Made by a program: the position numbers and the translations under genes
Notes under the pieces: generated by a model
Database searches by the model: none
Seen by the model: the letters and a program-made list of their open reading frames with translations, nothing else
Told to the model about the DNA's origin: nothing
NCBI GenBank assembly: GCA_951406725.2
Contig: OX597824.1
Span: forward strand, 47,926,001 to 47,990,000
Length of the DNA stretch: 64,000 nucleotides
Direction of reading: 5' to 3'
Source of the DNA: Octopus vulgaris
Taxonomy: Eukaryota
Part shown: positions 1 through 12,457 of the stretch, piece by piece
How the letters are laid out: every line of letters begins with the position of its first letter
How positions within the stretch are numbered: the first letter of the stretch is position 1

Positions 1-122
1 ACAAGGTGTTAATTTCATTAAATATTTCAGATAATTATAATCCCTGCTCACTTAATATTTTGTGTACCAAATAAATCACTATGGTTTCAATAGTTGAAAG
101 ACGTGTATTTCAGAGATAGGGG

Positions 123-428
123 TAGGCATGGCTGTGTGGTTAAGAAAATTGCTTCCCAGCTGTGTGGTCTTGGGTTCAGTTCTACTGTGCAGCATCTTGG
201 GAAAATGCCTTCTACTATAGCTTTCAGCTGACCAAAGCCTTGTGAGTGGATTTGGAAGAGGAAAACTGAAAGAAGCCTGACTAACACACACACATACATA
301 CACATGTATGCATTGTGTGTGTTTATGTGTACACTTGTCTTGATGTCACTTGATGATTGTAAACATACATCACTGTCATGCAGGTACTGTTGTTTGTTTC
401 TAATCTGTGAAAAACATGTCTAACCATG
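123..428 (+). mobile_element. tRNA-derived SINE (octopus-type) with internal (CA)/(TG) tract
   Basis: A-box-like TGGCTGTGTGGT and B-box-like GGTTCAGT, body cttgggaaaatgccttctactatag...aactgaaagaagcc; same family at 13150-13312(-), 35595-35705(-), 37337-37495(+). Confidence 0.75.
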
Positions 429-817
429 GTGTGTGTGTGTGCGTGCGTGTGTGTAAAAAAAAGAAAAAAAGAGATTAAAAAATTCAGAGCATTCAGCTTT
501 AAACAAATTTGGTTAACTATATCCAACAACCAGACACCAGTAAATGTAAGTAGAATACACATCCAAGGTAATTCCTCAAGTAGATCCAAATATAATTTTT
601 GTATCTCTATATATTTATCCAATAGAAATTATATATTTATCCAATTGGTGACTTTATAAGGTGAATTCTACGATAAAGATAGGGTTTTCCTTATATGTAT
701 TTTTATTTTAACATATTAAAAATTTCGTTTTTGGATTTGATTTGCAAAATTCTTTATGTGAGTTTGTGTGTTGAAGCACTGTAAAGCACTAAAAGAGAAT
801 GACTCTCTTCAAACACA

Positions 818-1923
818 ACATCATCATCATCATCATCATCATCATTTAGCGTCCGTTTTCCATGCTAGCATGGGTTGGACGGTTCTACTGGGGTCTGTGA
901 AGCCAGAAGGCTTCATCAGGCCCAGTCAAATCTGGCAGTGTTTCTACGGCTGGATGCCCTTCCTAACGCCAACCACTCCGTGAGTGTAGTGGGTGCTTTT
1001 TACGTGCCACCCGCACTGGTGCCAGACAGAGCTGGCAAACGGCCACGAACGGATGGTGCTTTTTATGTGCCACCGGCACGAGGGCCAGGCGAGGCTGGCA
1101 ACGGACACGAAACGGGGCGGTGCTGGCAACGGTCGCGAAACGGAAAGTTCTCTTACATGCCACCAGCACTGGTAACACATCTGCAATTTCCATTGATCGA
1201 TTTCGATTCTGATCCTCACTTGCCTCAATGGGTCTTCACAAGCAGAGTTTCGACATGCCACTGGCACTGGTAGCACATCCGCAATTTCCATTGATCGATT
1301 TCGATTCTGATCCTCACTTGCCTCAACACGTCTTCACAAGTAGAGTTTTGTGTCCCAAGAAGGGAAGGTATGCATACGTAGGCTGGCTCCATCCCATGTA
1401 GAAGGCCACGGGTTGTGGACTCACTTGTCCTGCCGGGTCTTCTCGCGCACAGCACACTTCCAGAGGTCTCGGTCTCTAGTCATTTCCTCAGTGAGACCTA
1501 AAGTTCGAAGGTCGTGCTTCACCACCTCGTCCCAGGTTTTCCTGGGTCTGCCTCTTCCACAGGTTCCCTCAACCGCTAGGGTGTGGCACTTTTTCACACA
1601 ACTATCTTCATCCATTCTCGCCACATGACCATACCAGCGCAAACGTCTCTCTTGCACACCACAACTGATGCTTCTTAGGTCCAGCTTTTCTCTCAGGGTA
1701 CTTACACTCTGCCGAGTGTGAGTACCGGCATTACACATCCATCGGAGCATACTGGCTTCATTTCTAGCGAGCTTACGCATATCCTCAGCAGTCACGGCCC
1801 ATGTTTCACTGCCATGTAGCATGGCTGTTCGTACACACGCATCATACAGTCTGCCTTTCACTCTGTGCGAGAGGCCTTTTGTCACCAGCAGAGGTAAGAG
1901 CTCTCTGAACTTTGCCCAAGCTA
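818..1923 (-). mobile_element. 5'-truncated RTE-clade LINE (C-terminal ORF, 3' UTR, (GAT)n tail)
   Basis: ORF 1421..1885 (KGRLYDACVRTAMLHGSETW...RLRWYGHV...GRPRKTW) is nearly identical to the end of the 20222-23667 copy; (CAT)n at 818-846. Confidence 0.92.
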
Positions 1924-2019
1924 ATTTAGAAATTAAAAGTCGAAAACCGACCGACCGACTTTTTGCTGTGTATAACTTCTGTTCATATTACGAATGTAGC
2001 AGCTGTAGAGTTTAAGCTT

Positions 2020-3907
2020 TGTTTGTTCACTGCAAAACATAACTTACCAGTGAGACTTATGGATCATTTACCTGAACTAATGCAAAATGTATGTCCTGAT
2101 TCCAAAATAGCTAAAGATATCAAATGTGCAAGAACCTAAGATACTCAAATATATAAAAATGTTTTAGGCCCTTATTACTTTGAAAACCTCATTAAACAGT
2201 TAAAAGAGTGCAAGTTTTTATTAATTGTTGATGAAACTACTGATGTAAGTACAAAAAAACCCCCCAGCTTGTTCTGTTAGCTAGATTTTATGATTGTAGC
2301 AATCAAAAAAATTATTGATAGCTATTTGATTCTTTCAGAAGCCAAGGATTGCTCTGCTAATGGAATTTTCCCCTCTATTGAAAGAGTCTTCACCTTACAT
2401 AACATTCCCTTTGCAAATTTGAGAGGATTTGCCAGTGACAATGCTAGTGTAATGATAGAACAGAAGGGAAGTGTGCAGGTATTACTGAAGAACAAAGTTC
2501 CCTCTCTCTTTATTCAGGCTTGTGTCTGTCACTCTATGCATATCTGTGCATCAAAGGCATGTTCAGAATTAACTTCATGCTTAGAACTTGCTATGAGCAT
2601 ATATTCATTCCTCTTAAATAGCCCAAAGAGACTGCAGGAATATGAAGAATTTCAGGCATTTACTCAAACAAATCCTCATAAATTATTACATGTAAGTTGT
2701 ACAAGGTGACTCTCTTTAGAACAAGTTGTCAAAAGAATACTAGAACAGTGGCCTGCTCTAGTGTTATTCTTTACTACTGCTACTACTGAAGATAACGGTG
2801 CAGCTTCAAATGTGAACTCATTAACAAATCCAATCACAGAAATGTATTATGCATTTTTAGCATATATTTTGCCAGATATTATTAAGTTGAACTTAGATTT
2901 CCAATCAGAAAGCTACAGAATGCACAAACTGCACAATTCTATCACATGTACTGTTAAATGAATACTTGGCAATTTTGTTAAAAAAGAAATTGTTAAAAAT
3001 AAAGAGCTACCTGAAATTAACATCAATGATCCATCAGTGTATCTTCGCATAATTGAAATTTATAGAGGAGCAAAAGTTGAAAGCATTTATAGAAAAACTT
3101 CATCTATTAGTATAACTGAATTTAAACAATTTCATGTGAAGACATTAAATCTTTATGTGCGCCTTGTAAAGGAAATTTTTCAGCACTTCTTTGCACATGA
3201 TTTCTTCCATAAGAGGCACTAGACCCAGTTAGTATTCATGATAATAATGGTCCAAGTTCAATTGTTCCTCTGGCATGCAAATTTCCAAATGTTGTTCAGG
3301 AGAGTCAGATTGAAACTCTTAATAAAGAATGGAGTGAACTTAAACTTCAAGATAACAATGACAAAACTGAAGGTACCAAACCAGAAGATTATTGGTATGA
3401 AATTTCTAAGGAAAAATCTCAAGATGAAGCTTATATGGTCCTATAATGCTTTATGTTTCAGCTCCTATCATTACCACATTCTTCAACTGCTGCCAAGAGA
3501 ATATTTTCAGTCCTAAATAACATTAAAGTCAAGTATAGGTCTAAACTGCATACCCAAACAATTAATGCTTGGCTACATTCAAAAAGTCTTTTTCATGATG
3601 TAAACTGCACAACCTATGCACCCAATGCAGAGCTTTGTGCTAAATTAAAAGAAGGGCAAGGACATTGGTACAAAGAGGAACCTCACCCTGTTGATGATGC
3701 AATCTTCTAATTATAAAGTAAGTACATTGAATATGTGTAGGTCACTTTAAAATAAAACCATGTATATTATAAATAATATATATTATGCATTTCAGTTGAT
3801 TTATAGGCAAAATATTACAAATTGAAATTTTGGTACTTTTTGAGCAAAATGTGGTACTTTTATTTGCTAAATCTCGTACTTTCATCAAAATACATTTGGC
3901 AGAACTG
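2020..3907 (+). mobile_element. Decayed hAT transposon (transposase pseudogene and right TIR)
   Basis: Motifs LIVDETTDVS, GFASDNASVM, CVCHSMHIC, TR(W)LSL, hATC-like LLSLPHSSTAAKRIFS, broken by stops and frameshifts; ends ...tggcagaactg, a hAT-type terminus. Confidence 0.85.
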
Positions 3908-4089
3908 GTCACAACCAATCCAAGTTGAAAATGTTGATGTGTGGTGGTATATACTATTTTATTTAAAATAGTAATCATTATCATCTAAATCAAATGGCAG
4001 AAAAACAGACAGAGAGTCCCATCCCTAAGTTTATTTCAAACTCCATGTTATACTTACAGAAGCCATCCAACAGAACAGGAAGGAAACAT

Positions 4090-5600
4090 AGTCCAAAATT
4101 TTCGCAAACAGACCATCACCCATTGTTAATGATTTATGGATCCAAGAAAAGAATCCCAGTACATACATCAAACAGGTTGCAGAGATGGGGCACTATACTA
4201 CTAAGCTACAACTATACTATGGAATATTTACCTTTGAAAAAGCTAGGATATGCTGACAGTCTATCCAGGTTGATAACTAGAAATGGTGAACTATTTGAGG
4301 ACACAGTAATAGCAGCCCTAAGAGCTGAAGGGGAAATTAAACACATAATTTGGAACGATGTATGAGAATTGCCAATAACTCTGGAGGAAATAAAGTGACA
4401 CATGTCAAAAGAAAAGTTCATTAATGAACATAAAAAAATCTCTATGGTCAGTGAAAGAAAACAACAAAAAAAAGGTTCAGTAAGAAAAAACAAGATGTAA
4501 ACATATATTCAACATGTGATGGCATACTGATGTATGGGAGCCTTGACCAGAAGTAAAAATTCTACAGTCAAGACTACATATCGATTTTGTGGGTCCGTTA
4601 AATGGTTACTACTACTTAGTAGTAGTTGACAGTTTTACAAAATGGCTGGAAATTGCAAAGTGTAAAAGACCAACTGCTTCAATTGTAATACATTTTTTGC
4701 ACGAATTATTCACAAAATTTGGCATTCCAGATGTGATTGCAACTGATAATGGAACACAATTTGTGTCCAGTGAATTTAGAAAATTCTGCAAAATGTTCAT
4801 AGTAGAACATAAAACAATAGTACCTTACCATCCCAGATCAAATGGACAGGCAGAGCATTTTGTGGACACTTTTAAAAGAGCTTTGAGAAAAGCAAATAAG
4901 GAAGCCACAGATGAAGTTACTCTGCAGTAATTCCCAACGGTATACAGGGTGATTCCAAACCTCAATACACCAGCAGGAAGCTCATCAGCTGAACTGATGT
5001 TCATGAGGAGGGTGAAATCAGTTTTACCTGGCAAGGAAAGAAAAAGTACCAGGAAACACAATCCAAAATTTTTCAATACTGGAGATAAGGTGTACATGAG
5101 ATCATATAAAAATGGAAAACAATACTGGGAAGAAGGAAAAATTATAAAGTACAAAGGAAAAATGATATATGAAATTAAAAGCAGAAAAGATATTGAAAAA
5201 AACTCAGAAACCAATTGAAGAAAAGATTCATAGAAAATGAACTAGACAGATTAGAAGAATCTATGGAATGGCTGTATGATACATTCCAAGTACCAACAAC
5301 ATTACAGTTGAAAAAAAAATGCTAAAAAGGGACGAGGAGAGAATGAAGTAAAATAAAATTACTTGCTTCCCCTCAAAAAAAACTAAAAGGGGAGATGTAG
5401 TGAAAATGGTACATTCCTCACATGACAAAGTGGGATGATTCAACCACTATAAAGTCAGTCATTGTAGGAGGTGAGTAGTAGTAGAGTCATTGTACAAGTT
5501 CTCAGTTGGAGTCAGTGTCAGTTACATGATATATACAAGTTTGAGTTACCATCAATGTAGACATAACAAAGTAGTTGTCTTGCAGAGCTATCAGCAATAG
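4090..5600 (+). mobile_element. Decayed Gypsy/Ty3 LTR retrotransposon 3' part (RNase H, integrase, PPT, 3' LTR start)
   Basis: QTDHHPLL...RLQRW (RNase H); VVVDSFTKW, DNGTQF, PYHPRSNGQAE (integrase); purine tract aaaaggggaga then TGT at 5396; right boundary approximate. Confidence 0.85.
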
Positions 5601-5789
5601 CACAACAGACAAGTCAAAGATAATAAGATGTGGAATACCGCCACTAATAATAGTGGTGACAAGAATATTACAGTGCCAAAGACAACCACAATGAAACTTG
5701 AACTCAGAATGCAAGTAGCTGAAACAAATGCTGCTGCCACCACTGCCACAGCAGCAGTAGCCACCGCCAAATGAACTGATTTCACATAC

Positions 5790-5907
5790 CTTGTAGCAGT
5801 AGCCTCTAGTTTGTCATATTCATCTTTGAGATTGTGGTAGTCATCTAACTGATCTTGCAACTTCTTCAAATCTCGAATTTGGTTGTTCAGTTCTTGGATC
5901 TTGTCAT
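5790..5907 (-). CDS. NuMA-like coding exon 9 (DDKIQELNNQIRDLKKLQDQLDDYHNLKDEYDKLEATAT), 118 nt
   Basis: ttttttggattctttag acceptor, AAG|GTATGT donor, clear heptad pattern; lies within ORF 5591..5920. Confidence 0.88.
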
Positions 5908-8900
5908 CTAAAGAATCCAAAAAATAGAACAGAAGAAAAAAAAAACAAAGATATAGAACTAGGAAAAATAAAGTGAATATATTCAGCTACTTTCACTTAT
6001 TTCATCATCATTATCATCAATATTTAATGTCTATTTTTCCATGCTGGCATGAGCTGGACAGCTTGATAGGAACTGGTAAGGCCAGAGGCCACACCAGGCT
6101 CCATAGTCTGCTTTGGTTTGGTTTCTATGGCTTCCTAATGTCAACCACTCCACAGAGTGTACTGGGGGCTTATGTGGCACCATCACCAGTGCTATTTACA
6201 TGGTATCATCACCAGTGCTTTTTATGTGACACCATTAGTAAATAATTCCTCTGATCAAACAACTGGAATTCTCATCACGAGAATCAACAAAAACACAAAA
6301 ATTTGAATATTTTTATTAAACTAGGTAAAAGCCACCAACTTATGGAAAAATATAAAATTGTGAATTTAAAAATGTGTCCTGAAACAAGATATCTAACTCT
6401 GCATAGTTTTGATTGCCTAAAAAAAACAATAGGATTCACTCCGTCTTCCTATTTGAGTTATTAATATTAGAAGTAACTAATTGAATCAATATCTAAATTA
6501 TTCAACAACATGTGATGTTGTTTGAGTCTTCCATGAAAAAAACATGTCTGGCAATTAGGAAATATTACTTTGCTTGGAAACAAGTGAGGATTGGTGACAG
6601 GAAGGGCATCAGGCTGTAGAAAATCTACCGTGACAATGCAAGCATGTAAAAGAAGGTAATAAATGATGATGACGATGATGATGATGATATGAAGTGCCAG
6701 CCACTAATGAACATCTAGAAAGGATAGCTGTGTTACATTACCTTTTGAAGAAATAATCTTCTTGTTTACTTTGAGATTACATTCCAATTCAAAGCAATGA
6801 TGTCGTTCATATTCCAGTTCATGGTCCAACTTCTTGAGAAGCATATTTTTCTCTTTAATTTCCTAATACATGTAAAAGTTGTACAATAAGTAATTTTACA
6901 AACATTTTCTTGAGTGTGCACAAATGACAATGGAGTCAAGTATGTTGGCATACTGACAAACATAGCAATGGTTTATATTTTATCACTGAGCTATGTGCAA
7001 CAGAAATATTTTCACTTTCTGTAATCCACTCTAACTAGGTACCATTATGTCAACTGACTGGCTCAGTGAGAGGGGGGAAAAGGAAGGAAAGATGAAAGAA
7101 AGAGAGAAAGAAAAAAAATGAGACGGACAGAGAGAAGTGAACAACTGTGTGTTAGTGAACAACTGTGTGCTAGTGAATATGGTAGCTAAAATGATTTTTC
7201 TACAGATGTTGGAAATTTTCTCTCAGTAGTGATTCAAAATCAAAGTCTTTATCAAAATATTTTGATTATTGTTTGATTATATTTTTAAAACACTTTTTAA
7301 ACACACTGTTGTATTTCGTGGTACCTTTAGTTAACAAATTGTTAGAATGTTTTAAAAAACTCATTTTTATCATAGCAATGTTGCAAAGCATTAATTTTAT
7401 CAGAACCAGAGCTGCTGACAACATTTAACATTTCAACTAAAGCCAACAAGGAAGTCTCAATATAGTCTCTCAAAATGCAAGAAACACTAGGTAAATTTTC
7501 CACAAATCATAACTTATTGTCTTCAAAAAGAAAGGATAATGTTGTACTGCTGACACTATGATTTAAAAAAAAAATAACAGGCTGGTCACAACAGGAATGA
7601 AATTGTAGGGTAGATGTGAGAAGCTGGGTATGGCCAGTTTAAATGCTATATGATTAAGGTAACTTAGTCAGTTGCTATATTTTTGCCTCTCAACTGCCCA
7701 TTAAAATTTTTTTTTCAACTAAACAGAAAAGAAGTAGAATGCTATAATGTTCCAAATTTCTTAATCACTTAGTTTTGGAGGAACAAGATGAAATAGCTTC
7801 ACTAGTTATTAAAATCACATTACAATCTTGGTTTACTGGCATACTATTCCACTATATCAGTTAAACAACACGCCAGTGACCTGGCTGTAAATATAAGGAG
7901 AAATGATGGATCTTTTCTGTTTGGCTGCATCTGTGGAAATTTTAGAGTTTAGTGAAAATTTTAAAATTTGGTTTTCTGATATAATTTTCCATGCTGAATC
8001 TCAGGGGCTAATTCACTTTTTGCCCCAAAATTTAAAAAAAAGTTACAGATCATTTTTACCTAGTCGGAAAACAGGATTTGGAAGCTGTCATTCTGTGTGT
8101 GATTGCACAAGTTGTCAAAATTGTGAAAATAGCATGTTTTAATATGAAACTAAACAAATGAAATACTGGTGGAATTCTGATTTATACACGGCATATAACC
8201 CTTCATAACTCTTTTATTTTTTGGAATTTTCAGAAAAACTTTTGCACATTTGTATTCTACACACAGGAATTCATACAATTATGCAAAAACAAAAAAAAAT
8301 TATGGTGTGTGATTTAAGGCCTAATTTAGCTGTTATTTTTAGCACATCTCATAACTACCTTATAACTTGTGTTTTAAGCATTTAAAAAGTGAAAAATAAC
8401 CATGCGCCTTGATAGTACAGCAATAGAGGGGTAAGCAGCTTGGCTTGTTACTATGGAAATTACTCAAAATTTGCAAACTTTAAAAGCTATTAACTCTTTA
8501 TTTATTGATTTATGGTGAAAATGAATTTCATGTCAATGATTACCATACAAAACTACACCAATACACCAAATATGAAATCAAGTGGAACAAAAATTAAAGA
8601 AATTGAAAAGTGGCAGCCAAACAGAAAAGATTTGAAGAAATAATAATAATAATGATGATGATGTTGACAGGATTTGACAAGTGAGAGGACAATGTCTGCT
8701 TTGGTATGGTGTCAACAGCTGGATGCCCTTTTTAATGTCAACCATTTTACAGAGTGTCACTTTTTTCATTGGTACCAACACTAGTGAAAATTACCTTATA
8801 ACTTGCAAGACTAAGAGCCTAAAGTGGCCCCTAAAACTGAAGGAGAATAGGAGGGAGAGTAGGTGAAGAATCTAGGCAGAGTTATGAGGGAAGGTTAGTA

Positions 8901-11900
8901 AGATGAGAATGATGGATAAGACTAATAACAATCCTTTCTATTTTAACCACAAGGCCTGAAATTTTAAGGGAAGGGGCTACATCAATCCCAGTACTTGACT
9001 GGTACTTATTTCAAAAAGATGAGAGGCAAAACAGCACTACTAAGTAAAATGGGAATATAATAGTGTGTGCTTTATATGGTTACCAATATTCCACCAAGAC
9101 ATAAGTTAAAAACAGAAATATAAAACTTTTAATTTTAACTTCTCGGTTTTAAAAATTAGGAAGAATGAGCTGGAAAGATCTGTAGTTAACCCTAATCCTA
9201 ACCACATTTCTTTGTGAGGTTTCTCTTTAAAGTGGATCTGACTGATTTTTTTTTTATTACTAAGTCTAGAGAAAGGGGCAGTATCTATGACCTTTGTGGG
9301 CATCATGAGACCAGTGAATTTAATGCTATTAATGTTCTGTTTAAGCTGTTGTAGGGCAACACATGGAAAAGACCTAAGCAGGAAAGAGATTCCAGAGAAT
9401 GATGTTCTGGGGAAAAAGAACAAGGGATATTGTTTAGGGTGAATCAGTGAGGAGGGAGGTGGTTTGGATGCAAAGGGTTTAGATTCTCAAGGACGTTTCA
9501 GCTGATGTCAAACACTGTCCCATTTTCTTTCTACTACCAGACATTGCTCAAAAGCTTTGTTGTTTTCCATTTTTTTATGTTTCCAAAGTTGACAGCATGG
9601 TTGTGAAATATCTGTCATTACAACTTGCTGAAAACCATTTCCCTACCACTTCATTCAGAGTATATATAGTCAAGAAATTTGAAGTTAGATAATATATCAT
9701 TTATTGTTTTTACCACAGCGAAAAGGGATGTACTGCTGTTTTTTTTGTTTGTTTGTGGATGGAGTGAAGGTTGTAGGGGGAGTTATTTCTCTTGTCATCT
9801 TCTTGTATTGTAAGAACTAATGGGCTGATGAGGTAAGATAGTAAGGAAGCAAATGAGAAGGAAGAGAAGGAAGAGATAAATAGATAGAGAGAGAGAGGCC
9901 CAGAGAAATATTTTAGAGGGAAAACCTGGATGGAAAAAGGAAAAAAAAGGAAAATATATAAAACAATTGTTGGATAAAAAGAAATGTGGTTAGTGTCCAG
10001 TTTTTAAGTATGGTGACAGAGAAGCATGAGAATCTGCAAAAACAGCAATAAAAAAAAAGAACTAGTGCTCAACTCATATTCTAAGTGTAGATTGAAAAGA
10101 TATTTTCCATGTGACTATAGAAGTCTTCTAATGTGTCTTTATAGTCTAGTGAATTTCAATATATCTACACACATACACAACATTCATATTCCTAATATAA
10201 CAATTAACAATAGTATTTTTTAAAGTGCATTTAAAAATAATCTTTATTGTAGAAACATTTTCAATGAATGTATACAAAAAAAGAATAAACAAAAATAATC
10301 AGAATTATTGAAAGACTTACATAGTTTGAATGAATCGCACTTTTGTCTGATGACCATGAAGTGTCATGACAAGGCATCTCTACAATAGAAGGTAGATGAA
10401 AAACAATTTACAGATATACATAAAATATAATAAATGTAGACATGACTGTGTGGTCAGAAGTTTGCTTCCTAATCACATGGTTCTGGAAGCCTATTGTGTG
10501 ATTATGCACGCTAGTGCATGTATGTGCGTATGTGTAGTAGAATAAGAAACAAAATGTCCTTGGTACAGTATTACATATTTGAAAAAAATGAATAGAAATG
10601 AATTTTCTGATAGTTTAGATGTTTATAAATGACTTTGATGGGAGTTTCTTGCTTAAAAGCAGTCTTCAAACTGAAAAGTTAGAGTTTATATACTGCTTAA
10701 ATAGGAAGTGTTTAATTACAAGCATACACATATACAAACACCAACACACACACATATACATATACCTTTACATAAGCACAAATAGAGAGAGAGAGAGAGA
10801 TGTACACATACATATACATATGTACACAAATACACACACAAGAACATGGGACCATCAGAGTCACATTTGTAAACTTAGAAACATCTAATTATTAAAGTGG
10901 AAAAATTATCAGAAAAGCCATTTATATTCATTCTTTCAAATATGTGTGAGTGTGTGTGTGCATTGGGTCATCCCATAAATAATGAAGTTTTTTTATAATT
11001 CTTTATTTTTCAAAATTAAGATAAACAAATTCTGTTGTGTCTGGGGAGAGTCATTTTTTTTTGTGGCTTATAATTTTACTGGTGAGTGTGTTAAATTATA
11101 AGACACAAAAAGAAAATGACTCCCCAGACACAACAGAATATGCTTCAACACACAAACTCACATAAAGAATCTTGCAAACCAAATCCAAAACAAAATAAGA
11201 TAAACAAAGTTCTTTCTTAATCTAAAGTATACTCTCCTTCATTTGCTACAATGCTCTTCCATCTATCTGGTAGATTTGCAAGGTCCCTCTTCCAAAATTT
11301 AATTGTCTATGAGGTAAAATATTCCTCCAGTACTGTTCTGAACTTGTCTACAGAATTCATGTTTTTTTTTCATCCAAATGATTTTGAAGACTATGGAATA
11401 AATGATAATCAGATGGGGCAATGTCCGGTGAATATGGTGAGTGGGGCATCGTTTCTCTTTCAAACTGCTCCAGCCTTTGGAATATCATCGTCGCTGTATG
11501 TGGCCGAGCATTATCCTAATAAAAGAACACCTTTTGTCTTGAAACTAAAGATGATCGTTCATCTTCTAGCACTCACTTAAGCTTCTCCAGCTGCTCACAG
11601 TAGATCTCCTTTGTTATCATTTGATTTGAGTTTAAAAGTTCAAAGTAGACTAAACCTTTCATATCCCACCAAACAGATAACACCTTACATGGGCGAAAAC
11701 CTTTAGCCAGGGGTGCTGGTGTTTCTCCTTTCCCCATCCACTGTTTTCGGTGCTTGACATTTTTATATAGAAACCATTTCTCATCACCAGTCACTATTTG
11801 GTCCAAAAAAGATTCATTCATGAGACATGACAGCAAAGAAGAGCACACATTCACTCTCTGCATATGATTAGACTCGGAAAGTTTGTGAGGAACCCAATTT

Positions 11901-12414
11901 GCTGACTTTTCCAATGGTACACAGGTGTCGATGAATGGTTGATCGACCAAATCCAAGCTTCTCTGCTAGTTCTTCAACAGTTATGATGCAATTTTGTTCC
12001 ACCAGGGTTTGCAGGACATCTTCGTAGAGCTGTACAGATCTTCCAGGATGAGACTCATCTTCTAGGCTGTAGTTTCCGGTTCAGAATTTTTGGAACCACT
12101 ATTGAAACTGGCTTACGCTTATTGTCCGACCTCCAAATACTGCATTAATATTCTTAACACTCTCTGGTGCATTGTTGCCATTATTGAACTTATAAAGCAA
12201 AATATGCTGAATATGCTCCTTTGTCACTTCCATTATAGTTTTGAAAAACTAACTGTTAAAATCGAACTGCACTCTTCAAAACTTACATTAAGAATAAGAA
12301 CAATGTAAAATTAAATAACTGCTTTTATAGCAAGTTGATGCAGGTAGTTTATCCCGTTCCTCTCCAACTTTTAGTTCATGCAATTGAAAAAACTGCATTA
12401 TTTATGGGATGACT

Positions 12415-12457
<43 letters not shown>

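Noticed and set aside
768-983. ORF with a poly-His run
   Set aside because: The run is the (CAT)n tail of an RTE read on the opposite strand.
9106-9423. 105-aa minus-strand ORF inside the gene, considered as a missing linker exon
   Set aside because: No compatible splice sites; FFPRTS resembles a LINE C-terminal remnant; exons 7 and 8 already join in frame.
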